NCBI GenBank assembly: GCA_022605425.2
Contig: CM061247.1
Coordinates: 744,001 to 808,000 of the forward strand
DNA length: 64,000 bases
Origin: Hamiltosporidium tvaerminnensis FI-OER-3-3
Taxonomy: Eukaryota; Fungi; Microsporidia
Direction of reading: 5' to 3'
The translations under genes and the position numbers were made by a program. Below are positions 12,447 through 25,387 of this stretch, piece after piece (the first letter of the stretch is position 1; each line of letters opens with the position of its first letter). The notes below the pieces were generated by a model. It was given only the letters and a program-made list of their open reading frames with translations. It did no database searches and was not told where the DNA came from.

Positions 12447-13709
12447 ATGGATATGCAAAATAAAAAAATGAACCAGGTTTCTATATGTATTGGATTATTG
12501 AGTGCTTCTTTTTGTGTATTGTTGATATTTGTATCGGTTTATATTGGTAAAAAAAATGAAAAACCAACTTTTGGAAGAATTTAAAATCTTTGGAAAATCA
12601 CAGTTTGCAACTCTTTTAAAAGAACAATTTAAGGATAATAATAATTTTGGATTTACAAATTTTAAAATGAAGGATTCTAATGTATTGGGATTTTGTTATT
12701 CTTGCAGCCAAATCGAGAAAATGATTGCAGTTATAATTTTTTTTGATAAAATAAGTCAAAAAAATAATGCAAAAGAAGACAAATTACAGTTTTATGTAAT
12801 CAAGAAACACGCTGATAACATCAAGGATACTAATTTGGTCATACCTCCGTATATTTTCTCATTGAAGAAATTAAAAGAATTTAAAGATAAATATAACACC
12901 GGTGTTTTGACTCGTTTTGGATTACATTTGACACTAAATACATCTGAAATAAATGTTATTAATAAACTTGTAACATTATCTGAAGAATTAGCAAGTGAAA
13001 TAGAAGTATTTAGTTTTTTGAATGCGAATTTACAAGATAAATCGATTCAAATTTCGATAGCGGGTGATAAATTAAAGAACGGAACTAAGAATGATTTGAA
13101 TTTGTTTCAAAGTTCGACAAATATTTCACTGAAACGAAAGTTCCGAGCGCTTTTTTAGTCTTTATTTTACATAAAGCCAACGTTTTTGATAAAAATAATT
13201 TATATGACTCTTTTCTTAAAAGTATAATCGCAGATGATTCTTTAAGAGAGATTTTATTAGCCTTCATAAGTGATATTTACATGTACTTTGTCAAATTCGA
13301 AAAATATTCATTTTATTATAATTACAAAATTGAAGTGTTTTTAAGAAAGTTAAAGCATATTTAAAACTACTTAAAATCTAAAGAAGGTCTAGAATGGATT
13401 CAATACGAGGTTATAGAGTTTATAGTTTTGGGGCTCGAAACACTTATTTCTATATTTATTGAACAAAAAAATGATATAATGAAAAGCTTTGATGATATAG
13501 AAACTTTTCTGGGTAATTTTAAAAGTTTTATTTCAATTCAAGATAAAGATTCACTGGTTTTAAAAATTTACGAGAACATTGAAGGTAAATATAATTTAAT
13601 TTAAGCGAGATTATCGGGTCCACAAAAGAATTTCTAACAAAATTCTCTCAAAATTATTCAAATAACAAATTTGGAACGGCTACTAAATCTATTTTGCAAG
13701 GAAGTATAA
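12447..13709 (+). pseudogene. Decayed gene for a lineage-specific protein with an N-terminal signal anchor
   Basis: ATG 12447 gives MDMQNKKMNQVSICIGLLSASFCVLLIFVSVYIGKK, then shifts near an A8 run (12549-12556) into the 209-aa ORF; a second frameshift near 13100 continues (VSKFDKYFTETKVP...) through isolated TAA stops to about 13709. No family recognised. Confidence 0.6.
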
Positions 13710-15238
13710 AATTTCTAGCAAAGACAATTTTAACAGAATTACCGAAGAACGAATGCATGTCAATCATAATAATGAATCTGATTCGGTTTTATAGGGGTGG
13801 TTTTTAAGATCCTGATTGTTGTGACGAAATAACGATGGTAAAACTCATAAAAGAAGGATCATTATGTATCTCTAGGTTTAATTCGGCTATTTATATTGAT
13901 TAAAAACCTATATTTATAATTGAAATATCTCTTAATATTTCTTAATATTTCTAAACATGATAGTTTTGATAGCTTTCAAATTTTTTTAAAATAATTTGCA
14001 ACAAAAATTAATAAGTAAATATCGATTAGGTTCCGACCATGTATAATATACTTTTGATCAGATTGAGCTTAGAATCTAAAATAAAACCTTTTTGATTCGA
14101 TAGTTGTCATTTTATACAGAAATCGGTAAAAACGTTTCTGGGGTTAAAATTTTTAACCTAACATGTTAATTTTTTTACATTGCTCTAGGTTTCGAGAATG
14201 CGAAAAAATTTGTAAAAATTTTTATTTAATCCAAACTCGGGCCTGTTTTGTTATATTGTGTCAAAATATAGAGCAAACACAATAATTTGCAGCTTTCAGA
14301 TTTTCCTAAAATATGTAGGAATATTTTAATCAAAAGCAATGATTTTCAAGTTGAAAATGATCAAAATCGACCTTTCCCTATAAAAGGATTTTTGTGTTTA
14401 ATATAGACTTTAAATTTTTATAACGGATAGAATTATTTTTAGATGAACTAAAAATCAATTTACTACAAAATTATAAGAAAAGGCATATTTATGAGGTCTA
14501 AACCAAAAAATTGGATTTTTATGGTCTGCGAATTCTTCAGCCTGCTTTGGGCTATGAAATCAAACAATCTGATAGATTTTGGTTCTAATATACAATATGA
14601 AATGTATTTTTATATAAAGAAAAAAAGTTAAAAACGCAGGATCTTTCTTGAAGCTTCAAATGATGGGATTACTAGCTCTAAAATAAGAGCTTGAAAACTA
14701 ATCTGGTTGGCGCACAAGAGAAATATTTATAATCTGCACTTAAATATTCAGAAAATAATAAATTATACAGACTAACGAATTAATTATAACGTTGTTTAAA
14801 AAACTTTGAAAATGTTTATAAAGTCTAATAATGAATTAAACCTAATGAATTATTTCCAAAATTTACGAAACGAAAAAGCTCGATATTTGTTTTGGATATA
14901 AAAAACTATAATAAATCCACAAGTGTTGGCATTTTCATAAGAATTTTTTAAACTTTGAAGAAAAATCAAAAAAAAATATTTTTTTTTGTTGATAGACCAG
15001 TCTTTTTATTTGTGCACTCTTGAATGATATTTATAACTTTGTAACTTTCTGAGAAAAATTATTCAAGATTTCTTAAAAGCATCGGAATCGTGTAAAAATC
15101 TGTTCTGAATTTAGCAGGTGGTATACAAAGAAATAATTTAACTAAAGTGGACTTTGTGCAAAATATTAGAGTGTTATTAAATGTTGATGAGGTATACAAA
15201 AGGAGGTAAATATATTCCACATACGTGCAAATATCTTT

Positions 15239-15290
15239 AAAAAGGTCCGAGATCTCCAAGGGCTGTAGCGCTGCGGAGTTAGTTAGTTAG
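15239..15290 (+). mobile_element. Very short RTE-like 3' end with (GTTA)3 tail
   Basis: KVRDLQGL* then gggctgtagcgc and gttagttagttag; same core as the tail of 5478..5750. Confidence 0.55.
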
Positions 15291-15801
15291 TGCAAATACC
15301 TATAAAAACTAATAACCATTGTAGGTAATAATCCAATGAACATACAATACGGAATAATTACACATACTTTGTGAACGAAAGCTAGAAAATCATCTTAAAA
15401 CTCAAAATTAATTTACATCGAAATTTAATTAAGAATAGATTAAGCTATAAAAAGCAATTCTGAACAAAAAAGCAAATAAACCAATTTATGATGAATTTGT
15501 AATGAGTTATAATTTTTAGTTAAGTAAAAAATAATTGTTATACATGGTAACGATCCAAAATATTATCGTGTATAATAAACCTATTCCATTATTTCCAAAC
15601 AATATCTTTTATTTATAGCCGTATTTTATAATGACACCCTCCTCATTATGTTTCCCTGCTGAATTGTACACTTGCCAAAAATAAAATTCAGCAGATCATT
15701 CCAGCTGTTATATCGCATGAGATCTGAAAAACATCATATTTATGCCCTTTTCGGTATACAAAAAAACATCTTTTTTCGCGGAAAAATAATTATTTTGTGA
15801 G

Positions 15802-15818
15802 GAAACAAGGGAATTAAA
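15802..15818. repeat. Target-site duplication (left) of retrotransposon E1
   Basis: gaaacaagggaattaaa versus gaaaaaagggaattaaa at 19504-19520 (16/17 identical). Confidence 0.8.
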
Positions 15819-15820
15819 AC

Positions 15821-18800
15821 ATTTATTTAATAAAATTCTGGGTTAACAAATTTTTCTTTTTAAATAATTCTTTCCACCATTTCAACCACTTCTATCTTTT
15901 CCTCCAACTCCAACTCTTCATTTGTATTAGTTGTTGGTTCCTTTGCTGTGGTTATGCCATCCAAAATAAGGGGTAAAATATTTTTTGTATTTTCCGTTTT
16001 AACATCATCTTCCTCGTTGTCTACTTGCTTTAAAAGGGGTATTGGTTGTTTATGCATCTCGGCTCCTAAGATAACACTTAATGATGCTCTCTCCCAGCTC
16101 TCCTCGGCATTTGGACCAGACTCAAGTCCTCTTCGTCGATCAAAAGAAATTGTTTCGACTGTCTTCTTGAGTACTATGGATTGTATATATGCCTCTACAT
16201 TCATGGGTATTTGCAGTCTCTTAACATACGTCTTATGGTATTTTGTCACAATACCGTCCCAGGTCATCACATAAGGAATTATCTCGACATTGCATTTATA
16301 AATAAGACCTACCTCATTTGCTAATAGGTCATACTTCCTAAGCTTCTCTGTTTCAACTATTTGAAGGGAGTCTTGGGATGTTATTCCTACTTCAATGAGG
16401 GTTATCCTATTCTGTCTCTTGTCTAAAATAAATATATCTGGTCTGTTACACCGGATTTTGACATCAGTTTTTATTCTGGTGTCCACTCTTATCTCTGCAT
16501 ATTCGTTATCAAGAATTTCTTGAACTGAGTGGCTTCTAATTCGTTTCGAAGACTTAAACTTATATTTATTCAGCAAGAGTAAATGTATACATCGTACCAC
16601 TTCATTATGTCGTCTAGTATAGTCATGACCAAGCATTTTTTCACATCTCGTTGCTAAGTGATCAACAGTTTTCCTAGACTGGTTGCAGTGTTGACACATA
16701 CCTTCTGCACCCCAGAAAACATTTCTATCCTGGATATAACAGAACACTGCTTCATCACGTGGTCTTACACTTCCTTTCTTTAACCATCTTGAGGAGTCAT
16801 TTACACTTACCAGCTCGTTATTTCTAGCGCTATATAACTTTGAATGTAGTTTTCGGTTTTTGATTTCGTTATATAGGTTAGCTAGTTGAGCTTCTTCCAA
16901 TTTCTTTTTTGTGACTTCCTCTTCCAACCCGTATTTTATTTTTAAAAAGTTTTTAATCAGTGAAAGGTGGGTTTTATTATTATTCTCAACCTTTAGGATT
17001 GCTGCTCTTCTGGTCGATGTATCTTTATGTTTTTCCAGACAATCCAAGAGTTGCAAAAGCATATGTTCGCTTTTGAACTCGACACTATGTAAACCTCTTC
17101 CAAGTTCTTTACGTGGAAGGTATAGACGTTCTTTGCATCCTGGGCGTAGATGTATTTTGTTCTTTACTAACACTGCACGCACCGCATCATCTAACTTAGA
17201 GAAGTCAGCCGGTTCAGTCGGAGTACACCTATATGATAGTTTAGTAAAGAAATTGCATGTTGATTAATGGCTTGAAATAAATTTCTTGCATTTAATCTCG
17301 TGCGACAAAGTCTTTCTACTCGTGCTATAAGTTTGGTCTGTACTTCCTCAAACGACTTACTTGTTGGAATTCCTCTGCTATCTTCTATAATTCAGGTATT
17401 TATAAACACCTATTCCTTCGAAGAGTAGCAGTATCTTCACAACATGGATCATTAGTGGCTGACTTCTCTTTGTTAATTTCCAATCCTATATTATTCATAA
17501 ACTTTTTAACCTCCTCCGTCATTTCTTCCAATGTTTGTCCATCTTCGGCAGGAGCTTAAGATCATCAATAAACAAGGATGATTAGTCGCGTGGGATTCTG
17601 CATCTGTCTTTATTCTCACTTTTGTGTATTTCTCATTAGCTTTCGGCTCAATGGATCCATACACAACACAAACAATAATGGTGACAAACTATCTCCTTGC
17701 AGAATCCCTCTATCAATCTTCTTACTCATGATTTTTCAGGCCCTACTGATATATCAATTTTCCATTTTGATATAATTACCTTAATAAATTTCAGGATCCA
17801 ATCGGTAAATTAGGTTTTCAATACATTGAGTTAAATAAGCATGATCTATTGAATCATAGCTTTTTTGACATCAATCCATGTTGCCTTAGATTGTTTCCGT
17901 ACTCTTTATTAATGGCAATATTCAATAGGGCTTGTTCTTTCGCTCCTTGCACTCCTCTAACCGCTCCCAACTGATTATCTGAAAGTAATCCTCGTCTTTC
18001 CACCTCAACCTGAACCACTTTAGTGACACATTTTGTAGTCAGTTTATACAGGTTTGACATACAAGTTATTGGTCTGTAATCGAGCCAGTCTTTGGTGTAC
18101 CTTTAGGTATCGATAAGTAAGTCCACAATAATACCAATCGGCTTGAGGCGTTCCTTCTAAACATATGGCTTTCACAATATTGTAAAGATATTTATGAAGG
18201 CTCGTAAGTTTCTTGATGTAAGTTATAAATACCATCAATTCCAGCGGCTTTCCAGTTAGGCAGCCAATTGATGATATCTATAAACTCTTCAAGTAAAGGA
18301 AACGTGGTCTGGTGCGTATCTGACACGAAGGTATCAATACTCATCATATGTAACTACTTTATCATTTTTATTCCACATTGTAGACCAAAATTCTGAAATT
18401 TCGTCACGATAAACCACATGCTCGGATTCAACGCGCTCAGATAACCCTCGATAGAATCGACCTCGGAATAACTCAAACATACGATTCTCTTTTCGAAATT
18501 TTCTCCTTCTTTCTATATCGTAATTTTTTCTCGTACACATTCAAGCCTCATTCTTCTTAACCAAGCCACAGAGATCATTTACTTTGCTTAAGTCTAAATT
18601 AAACTCTCGCATATTTTTCTGAGACTTTTCGTTTCCAGTAGGCTTTTCCTGCTTGCGAGCCTTCTCGGAGATCTTTGGAAAGTACTAACTTAGAATTTTA
18701 ATTCTATGTTTTCCTTCCGCGGATCTAGGTTTCTCCTTACGTGTTTCCTCGTCATAACATACCTGGGCCGCCTGGATGATTCGAGCTGCATCACTAACAT

Positions 18801-19503
18801 TCTTAGGCACATGATTCAGCATATTCACCTGTGATCCGATTTATGAGTTCCAAAACTTTACTATCAACCATTCACTTGGAGTTTTCTGGTTCGGACCACT
18901 AAATCTCGATTTCTCCGGAGTTCCTTGATTTTGAACAAGAACTTTTCTCTCGGGTTCTATGAGTGTAGTGTCGGTTAAAGAACGGGCTCGGCGAGACAGT
19001 GGCGATTCTACGTCGTTCTCCATTCTCTTCTTGCCTTATTTCTCTTCTGCCTCATTATGTATTAATTTTTTTAACACATCGATATCAACAGTTCGACCAA
19101 ATTTCCCATTATAGTACCTAGAATTGCAGACCAGCCATTTCTAGGCATTCTCTCAAACCTTTTTGCACCGCTGACATAGCAGATCTAGGCCATTCCTGCT
19201 CTACGGCTGTGACAGAGTCAGTATTGAATGCAATACCATCAGTCGATTTTTCTGGAATGGCGTGCATTGAGGTTTTCCATTGTGTTGGCTGGTCCACACG
19301 CCGAAGAATCGACAGAGGGTGGAATCGCAGGCTGATTGGTAGCCTGCGTATTGCTCTGGGGTGGTGTTATTATAGATGGTCGTTGTGGTGGAGCGTCTCT
19401 ATAGTTACTACATCTCTATCACACTTTTATCCTTTAAAACTATTCCGTTGTTTACGCTTTATTTCATCATTTTTATATTTTCGGTCACTTTTTCTTCTAC
19501 CCT
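15821..19503 (-). mobile_element. R4/Dong-like non-LTR retrotransposon E1, subfamily B, full length, disrupted by many small deletions in the 5' 60%
   Basis: Intact 440-aa C-terminal part (CQHC..H....C knuckle, RHN, PDI..LIEVG..K..KY); fragmented RT and N-terminus similar to 48707..52489; bounded by a 17-bp TSD. Confidence 0.93.
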
Positions 19504-19520
19504 GAAAAAAGGGAATTAAA
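19504..19520. repeat. Target-site duplication (right) of retrotransposon E1
   Basis: Matches 15802-15818 and directly abuts the element's start-codon position. Confidence 0.8.
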
Positions 19521-20699
19521 TAGAATGATACTATTTTAAACCCATAAAATTTTTAAATAAATTGAAAATAATTAAAATAAAATACAGAAAAAAATTTAAA
19601 AAGAATAAAAAAAGGCAATGTAAAAGTATCAATAGGAAAAAATTTGAATCGTAATCTATTTTGCTTGTTCCATTTTTTTAAATGTTTGTTACCTCATTGG
19701 TTTTTTTATTTTTCCTTTAAATAAAATACGTACTTTTTTTTATTTAAATCTAAAAATATGAAAATTTTAAAACAAAGAAAATATATTTTAAGTTATTAAA
19801 ATACACTTTTTTTAAAAAGATTCACCAAATATTCTTTTTAACCGCTATTTTAACATGCTTTTATCCCAATTCATGTAATTTAACAAGGGAAGGCAATAAA
19901 GAACAACAGTAGAACAGAATAAAATAGAGAAAGGGGCAGCATAAAATAAGACCAAATTTTATGTAAAATTTTAGTATGAAATTTTTAACAGAACCGAGCT
20001 TATAAAATATGAGAATCTAATTGAAACGGTAGAAATTTTTGAATTTTAATGTGAAAATATTGGTGTAGGTCTTAGAAGATGGCATTTTATTCCCGTTTTT
20101 TATATTTTTTTGACACACGGCAGAAATAAATAAGACATTTGTTGTCATGGGTCAATAAATCTCTCCATGCCGAATATAACGCCCGGTATTTCCACATACC
20201 GCCTGTTATTTGCAATAATTTTACAGAACACCGTTAATTTCTATATATTGATTCCAAAGCCCATATCATTAGAAAAAAGAGGATTTCTTTTGATTTAATG
20301 TGTTAAATGTTCAAAAACGCATGTAAGACTTTTAAATTTGAATTCCTCAAAAAAATTTAGTTTAAATGCGCATTATTATGCAAAAAAGCAGTAAAAGCAA
20401 GTTCGATATTTTATTTTTTAAATTTATTATTTATCAAACCATCAGAATATTATAAATTGAATTAGCATAAAAATTTTCGATAAGTGCTCTTTCTTCCTTG
20501 TAATTATTTTCATTTTTTTACTGCTGCTATAGCGAAGAAAGAAAAATTACTCGACAAAATAATCTTATTTTTGTCCATGATGATTTTCTCTCGGTGACTT
20601 TGGAACATTAATTTTACCTCCGCTGCAATTTTCCATTAGTACTCATATAAAAAATTATTATGATAATTGTGGCTTTAATGGTTCAATTTGTAGTCAAGT

Positions 20700-21160
20700 A
20701 CATCCGAGGCAATCTCCAAGCTTCGCAGTATATTTCCGAATTCGCCTCTGTAATTATTACAACGTGAATCTTTTTCTGTAGAATGCCTCATTGTTCGCGT
20801 TTGTTTTTTGTTATTATGCTTCCGGAAAGTGAATTGTTAAACTTATTGTCTAAAGATATGCATATAAAGGGGTGTATTCGATTATTTAATATTCTGTTAT
20901 ATGTATAAAAGGACCTTAAGATTCTCATACACCATTATATCGCCGTGGGAGCATTTTTTTCGGACTATATTCTTAAATGCTGTTTACGCGTTAAACCTGG
21001 CTGTCACCTTTCATTATGTATTCTTCTATGTAAAACCTCAATCTTAGACAATCAAGAATATTTCAAAATGTTCATTTTTAAACCCATCTTTATCAGAATA
21101 CATCGCCCTTAAAGGCTAAAGTTGTCAAACATAGATTTGAAGACATCTTTTATTTATTGT
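20700..21160 (-). mobile_element. Possible highly decayed R4/Dong-like C-terminal remnant
   Basis: Weak minus-strand echoes: HL...SEK/ML, PRRYNGV (cf. HLATRCEKML, TRRHNEV), LDNK. Confidence 0.35.
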
Positions 21161-21735
21161 AAGTTCTTTTGGGGCCTAAAAGCTTCGGTGATGATTTATA
21201 TGTGTCGAATACCCTGAGAATCTAGCTGCTTTTTTATTTGATTTCCGTCTCTCTCGCGTTATACACAATTGTATAGCCTATGGTTTCAATATGATGCTTA
21301 GTAGTTCTATTCTTTTCTATTTTAATAACTTACGATTTTTAGTATTGTAGTTACTATGCATTTATTTATATATGAAACGAAAATGCTCAGGAAAAAAGGG
21401 ACTGAAAGCAATTACTAAAATTATAAATTATTTATTTTTTTAGTCAAAGAAGTTTTTAGAAGTTGAATTTACATTTTCCGGGCTGCAAAAACTAAAAAAA
21501 AGCAAAAAACAGAAAGATCAAAAAGGAAAAAAATAAATTATATACTGATTAGCTTACATTTAACACATCATGGTTAATTCTATATAAAACAAATTGTAAG
21601 TTGATATGGATAGGTAATAACAGAAAGGAATGTGATACAAGGAGCTGTATGAAACAACAAAAGATGAATAGAATTTGGGATATGGGAATATAATTCATGT
21701 ATAAAAATTAAAGGGTAACATAAATTTGGAATAAC

Positions 21736-22455
21736 TTTATTTGAAAGTATCACATCTTTTTAAAATAGTGGCAAGTGTTTTATTTGCTTTCATGACATCA
21801 ACGCAGTTCTAGGTTTACCATCAACAACTGCTACCCCAACACTTCATCAGTACCCCCTGCGATACCTAAGTCTCAAAGTCTTTCATCTACCACATGTGTA
21901 GAACCCAATTAAAAAGCGAGGCTGTCGCCCGGTGTTCGTTAGTGTCCTTTGCATGTAGTGTGATCGAAGGCCGAAGCTACCCGGGTCCCCCAAGACCATG
22001 CGGCATTACCACTTACTCCACACCTTCTAACCATATAAACGTCTAGCTAAGATCTATTTCAGAGAATTACATGCGGTCCACCTAGACAGTGCAATGCTAT
22101 ACCAACAGGTATAATCTGCATCTTAGCTCTTCCGACTTTTAATGGGTTTTAATTTTATATCTTCTAGAAGCTAAGTCTTCTAACCCGAGTGAGTTAGGCT
22201 AATATTCTATGCTTTTACATGTCAATTACCTACATGTTCAGCTGTGGTGTGCAATCTAGTTATGTAAAAAACTAAAAATAAATCGTAGAAAAAGTTTCTC
22301 CGTTTCTTAGACCTCTCCTCCTCATAACAACTCCCATGGAACAACCGAAGATGTAGTGTGGTTTTATTCCCACCAAAAATCCAAACAATGAACTCATATC
22401 AGTTTCACACACTCATTGCCAAGCAGAAAGTTTTGTATGTGGTTATTCTCCCTCC
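21736..22455 (-). repeat. ~700-bp dispersed non-coding element, copy L3
   Basis: High identity over the full length to 29238..29959 (e.g. ccacctagacagtgcaatg, gatgtagtgtggttttattcccaccaaaaatccaaacaatga). Confidence 0.92.
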
Positions 22456-22752
22456 GTTTAATGGCAACATAAAAATTAAAAATTTTATATAAATAACGGC
22501 TTGCTATAAAACATAAATGTTTATTTCCTCTCTAACATATTATCATATTTCAAATCTTAATTTAACGTATGCATTTGAATATTTTTTATTTCTTTTTTAA
22601 ATGAAAACAAAATTTGGGCATATTTTTAATATTTTATAAGTGCATAACTGTGTTCATAATGATGAACATATATTTCTAATTCTTTTGTAAAGAAATTTAT
22701 GAAATACGCTTTAAAAAGAGATAAAAAATATTATTTTGAAAAACCATTTTAT

Positions 22753-24021
22753 TCATTCATAAAATCCTAATTTGTAGTTACAACAGCAGTTTAGAGTATA
22801 AAACGGCTTTCTTTTTAGAACAAAATGGTTTCTAATGCCTAACAAATAATCTTTGATCCTTTTTAATTCTTTCATTTTGAATAAATGCAGCGGGAATATC
22901 TCCCCACCCAACTCAAATTTGAATCTGGCATATTTAGAGACCCTCAATCCTGTTCTACAGACTGTACATTTTTCCGAATGTATTCCCATATTCAATAATC
23001 TTGTAACCGATTCGTCGGTTTTTTCGTAATCGCACCCGCAATATAATGCGATCTCGAATTCATTTCCCTTTAAAAATATTTTGCTGCCGATTTTTTCGAT
23101 ATATATATCCCCACTAGTTATCTTTATATCTTCATAATCGTTGAAACAAAACAAGAACTCATATATTTCATCAAAAAATGGATGAAAAATTAATTCATCA
23201 ACACTTGGTCTTGCATCTAGATCTACTTGAAGTGCATGATCGGAAATATCAGTAACATCTGTATGGAAATCGCCCGGATTTATGAATAATATCCCACTAG
23301 CTGCATTTCTCAACATGAAACCCCAGCTATAAATATCAGATTTGAACCCTTGATCAAGTCCCTTCAACACTTCCGGTGAAAAGTATGGAAACAAGTTTTT
23401 TCTCTCTTCAGAAACCGGATTTTGCGGTGAAAATATTCTTCTAGGTCTATTCACATAACACGCTAAACCGAAATCTATTAACTTAGCATTTAAATCAGAA
23501 TCTACTACTACATTATCAAGCTTAATATCGTTGTGAATAACTCCTTCTCCTTCTAAATATAACAGCGCGTCAAGTAATTGTTTGAATATAATTTTTAAAT
23601 CTCTTAAGCAGATTTTTTCTTCGTTCAAAATGCTAAATAAAGTTCGAGGAAAGTATTCAAAAGCAATATAGCCAGATTTGTTCATCTTAAACGAAAATAA
23701 CACATGAATGATATTTGGATGGGACAATTTCTGACATAATTCCAGCTCTTCTTCAAAACATTGACCATCTAGTGATTGTCCTTTAATCGCCATTTCTATC
23801 CGTTCTGTATAATGATAAACATGCCCATATGTTCCTTTACCCAATGGGTTTCGCTTTTTGAGCAATTTATTTGAATTGTTTATTTCTAATTCTATTTCAT
23901 TAGGAAAATTGACGTCTAAAGAATATATATATCTCGTTTTCGATAAGAGGACGCCACAAATCATGAAAGAGGTATAAATATCAATAGAAAAAACACCCGT
24001 GGATAAATTCATTGATTCCAA
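22753..24021 (-). CDS. Lineage-specific Ser/Thr protein kinase with hydrophobic N-terminus (putative secreted kinase)
   Basis: LGKGTYGHV, MAIK, EEE, HPNII, HNDIKLDN, DFGLA, FSPE, SDIYSWG; C-terminal CGC..HSEKCTVC. ORF-track start is TTG; first ATG at 24012. Confidence 0.9.
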   Translation of the reverse strand: MESMNLSTGVFSIDIYTSFMICGVLLSKTRYIYSLDVNFPNEIELEINNSNKLLKKRNPLGKGTYGHVYHYTERIEMAIKGQSLDGQCFEEELELCQKLSHPNIIHVLFSFKMNKSGYIAFEYFPRTLFSILNEEKICLRDLKIIFKQLLDALLYLEGEGVIHNDIKLDNVVVDSDLNAKLIDFGLACYVNRPRRIFSPQNPVSEERKNLFPYFSPEVLKGLDQGFKSDIYSWGFMLRNAASGILFINPGDFHTDVTDISDHALQVDLDARPSVDELIFHPFFDEIYEFLFCFNDYEDIKITSGDIYIEKIGSKIFLKGNEFEIALYCGCDYEKTDESVTRLLNMGIHSEKCTVCRTGLRVSKYARFKFELGGEIFPLHLFKMKELKRIKDYLLGIRNHFVLKRKPFYTLNCCCNYKLGFYE

Positions 24022-25167
24022 ATAAATTTTTTTAATTTATATTAAAATTTATAACAACTCCTTTTTTTTTTATCAAATATCAGATCTGATGACATTAATT
24101 ACATATCATAAAAGATAAATGAACAAGAAGGCCTAATAAAACAATAATTTTCACAATATTATTTGGTTTTAAATTCGATTAAAATATCTCAGCTTGAATT
24201 CTTGTAAAAGCAAAATGACCTATAACTAATTTAGATAATTTTTTTTACAATTAATATGATATTTATTGTGGTTTTTCAACATTTATGAAAATATAATACA
24301 GATTTTTTTTATTAATTATTTTATTACAACCAATAGTTTCTGTTTTTTTGAAGATCGAATTTTCTGATTTATCAAGATACTAATTAAAAAACTTAATTCA
24401 ATTCCGCTGTTTTTTTATTTAACAAATCATTTAAAGGAATATTAAAGTATTAAGAAAACAATACTGTTATTATTTTCTAAGATGGTAAGGATTTAGATTC
24501 AGTATTCATATACTTCTCTCAAATAAATACAAAAATACCCAAAAATTTATATAGAGGCAAAAAATTAAATTATAGTAATTTCAAATATAAACCTAAGTGT
24601 ATAACTATAAATTATAATTGTGAGTGTCTCTAGGTAGCAAGGTTTATAAATGAAAGAATATATTCCATAATTTTAAAATTTATAACTAAAACAATCTCGG
24701 TTAAAATACCAATCTATCTATTAATATAATTGAGTTTTGTATAATCCTTATTTTTTTATGAGAAAAAGTTTGAGAATCAATCATAAAAAATATTTATCTT
24801 TGTTTTTCCGTAACAATTTAGTTCGATTTAAATTCAGATTTTTCTATCATTTTAATTTAGCATTTAAAAAAAATGGAACGAATTTTGATGTCTTAGAGAA
24901 CAGGATCCAATCTTTTTATGCTGTAATTATTTAAATAATCCGATATTTTTTATATTTTGGATTTAAATTATAATCTAGAGATTTGGTGCAGTGGTTGAAG
25001 ATTTTAAGCAACATTAGGTTTTTATTCATACAAAAACATACTGAGATTTCTAAAATTTCCAACCTTTTTTTCGTAATCATGTTTAAATCAAAATGATTCG
25101 ATTAAAGTCAATCTTAATCTTATGATTGGGAAAATCTATTCTCCTTATTAATCTATCTAAGATAAAA

Positions 25168-25387
25168 AGAGGATAACCGAATTGAAAACTAACTGCTCGG
25201 CAATTACCGTGTATAATTGGTTTGGAAATCATTATAGAAATTTTTGTAGAATATAAAACACACAGGATCTTTAGTCAATCCTTTATAATTTTTAGTCAAA
25301 CCGATTAAAAAGCAAATGCTACAATTAAATTTATTCATCCTCAACACCGAGAGGTAAAAGAGAAATGGAATAAGTAAGCAGGTAAGT
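25168..25387 (+). repeat. Short (~220 bp) relative S1 of the non-coding family
   Basis: gaggataacc head; ttcatcctcaacaccgagaggtaaaagagaaatggaataagtaag matches the reverse complement of 28455..28677. Confidence 0.75.

Noticed and set aside
21585-21655. ~70-bp similarity to 35028-35092 (aaacaaatt..tgatatgg..aaggagctgtatg)
   Set aside because: Too short and diverged to define ends or a family by eye.
21755-21860. Hammerhead-like CUGAUGA...GAAA near the 3' end of L3 (minus strand)
   Set aside because: CUGAUGA is present only in L3 (CCGAAGG in L4, UCGAUAA in L2), helix II is poor and the NUH site reads CCA. Worth an automated scan of younger copies but not supportable here.
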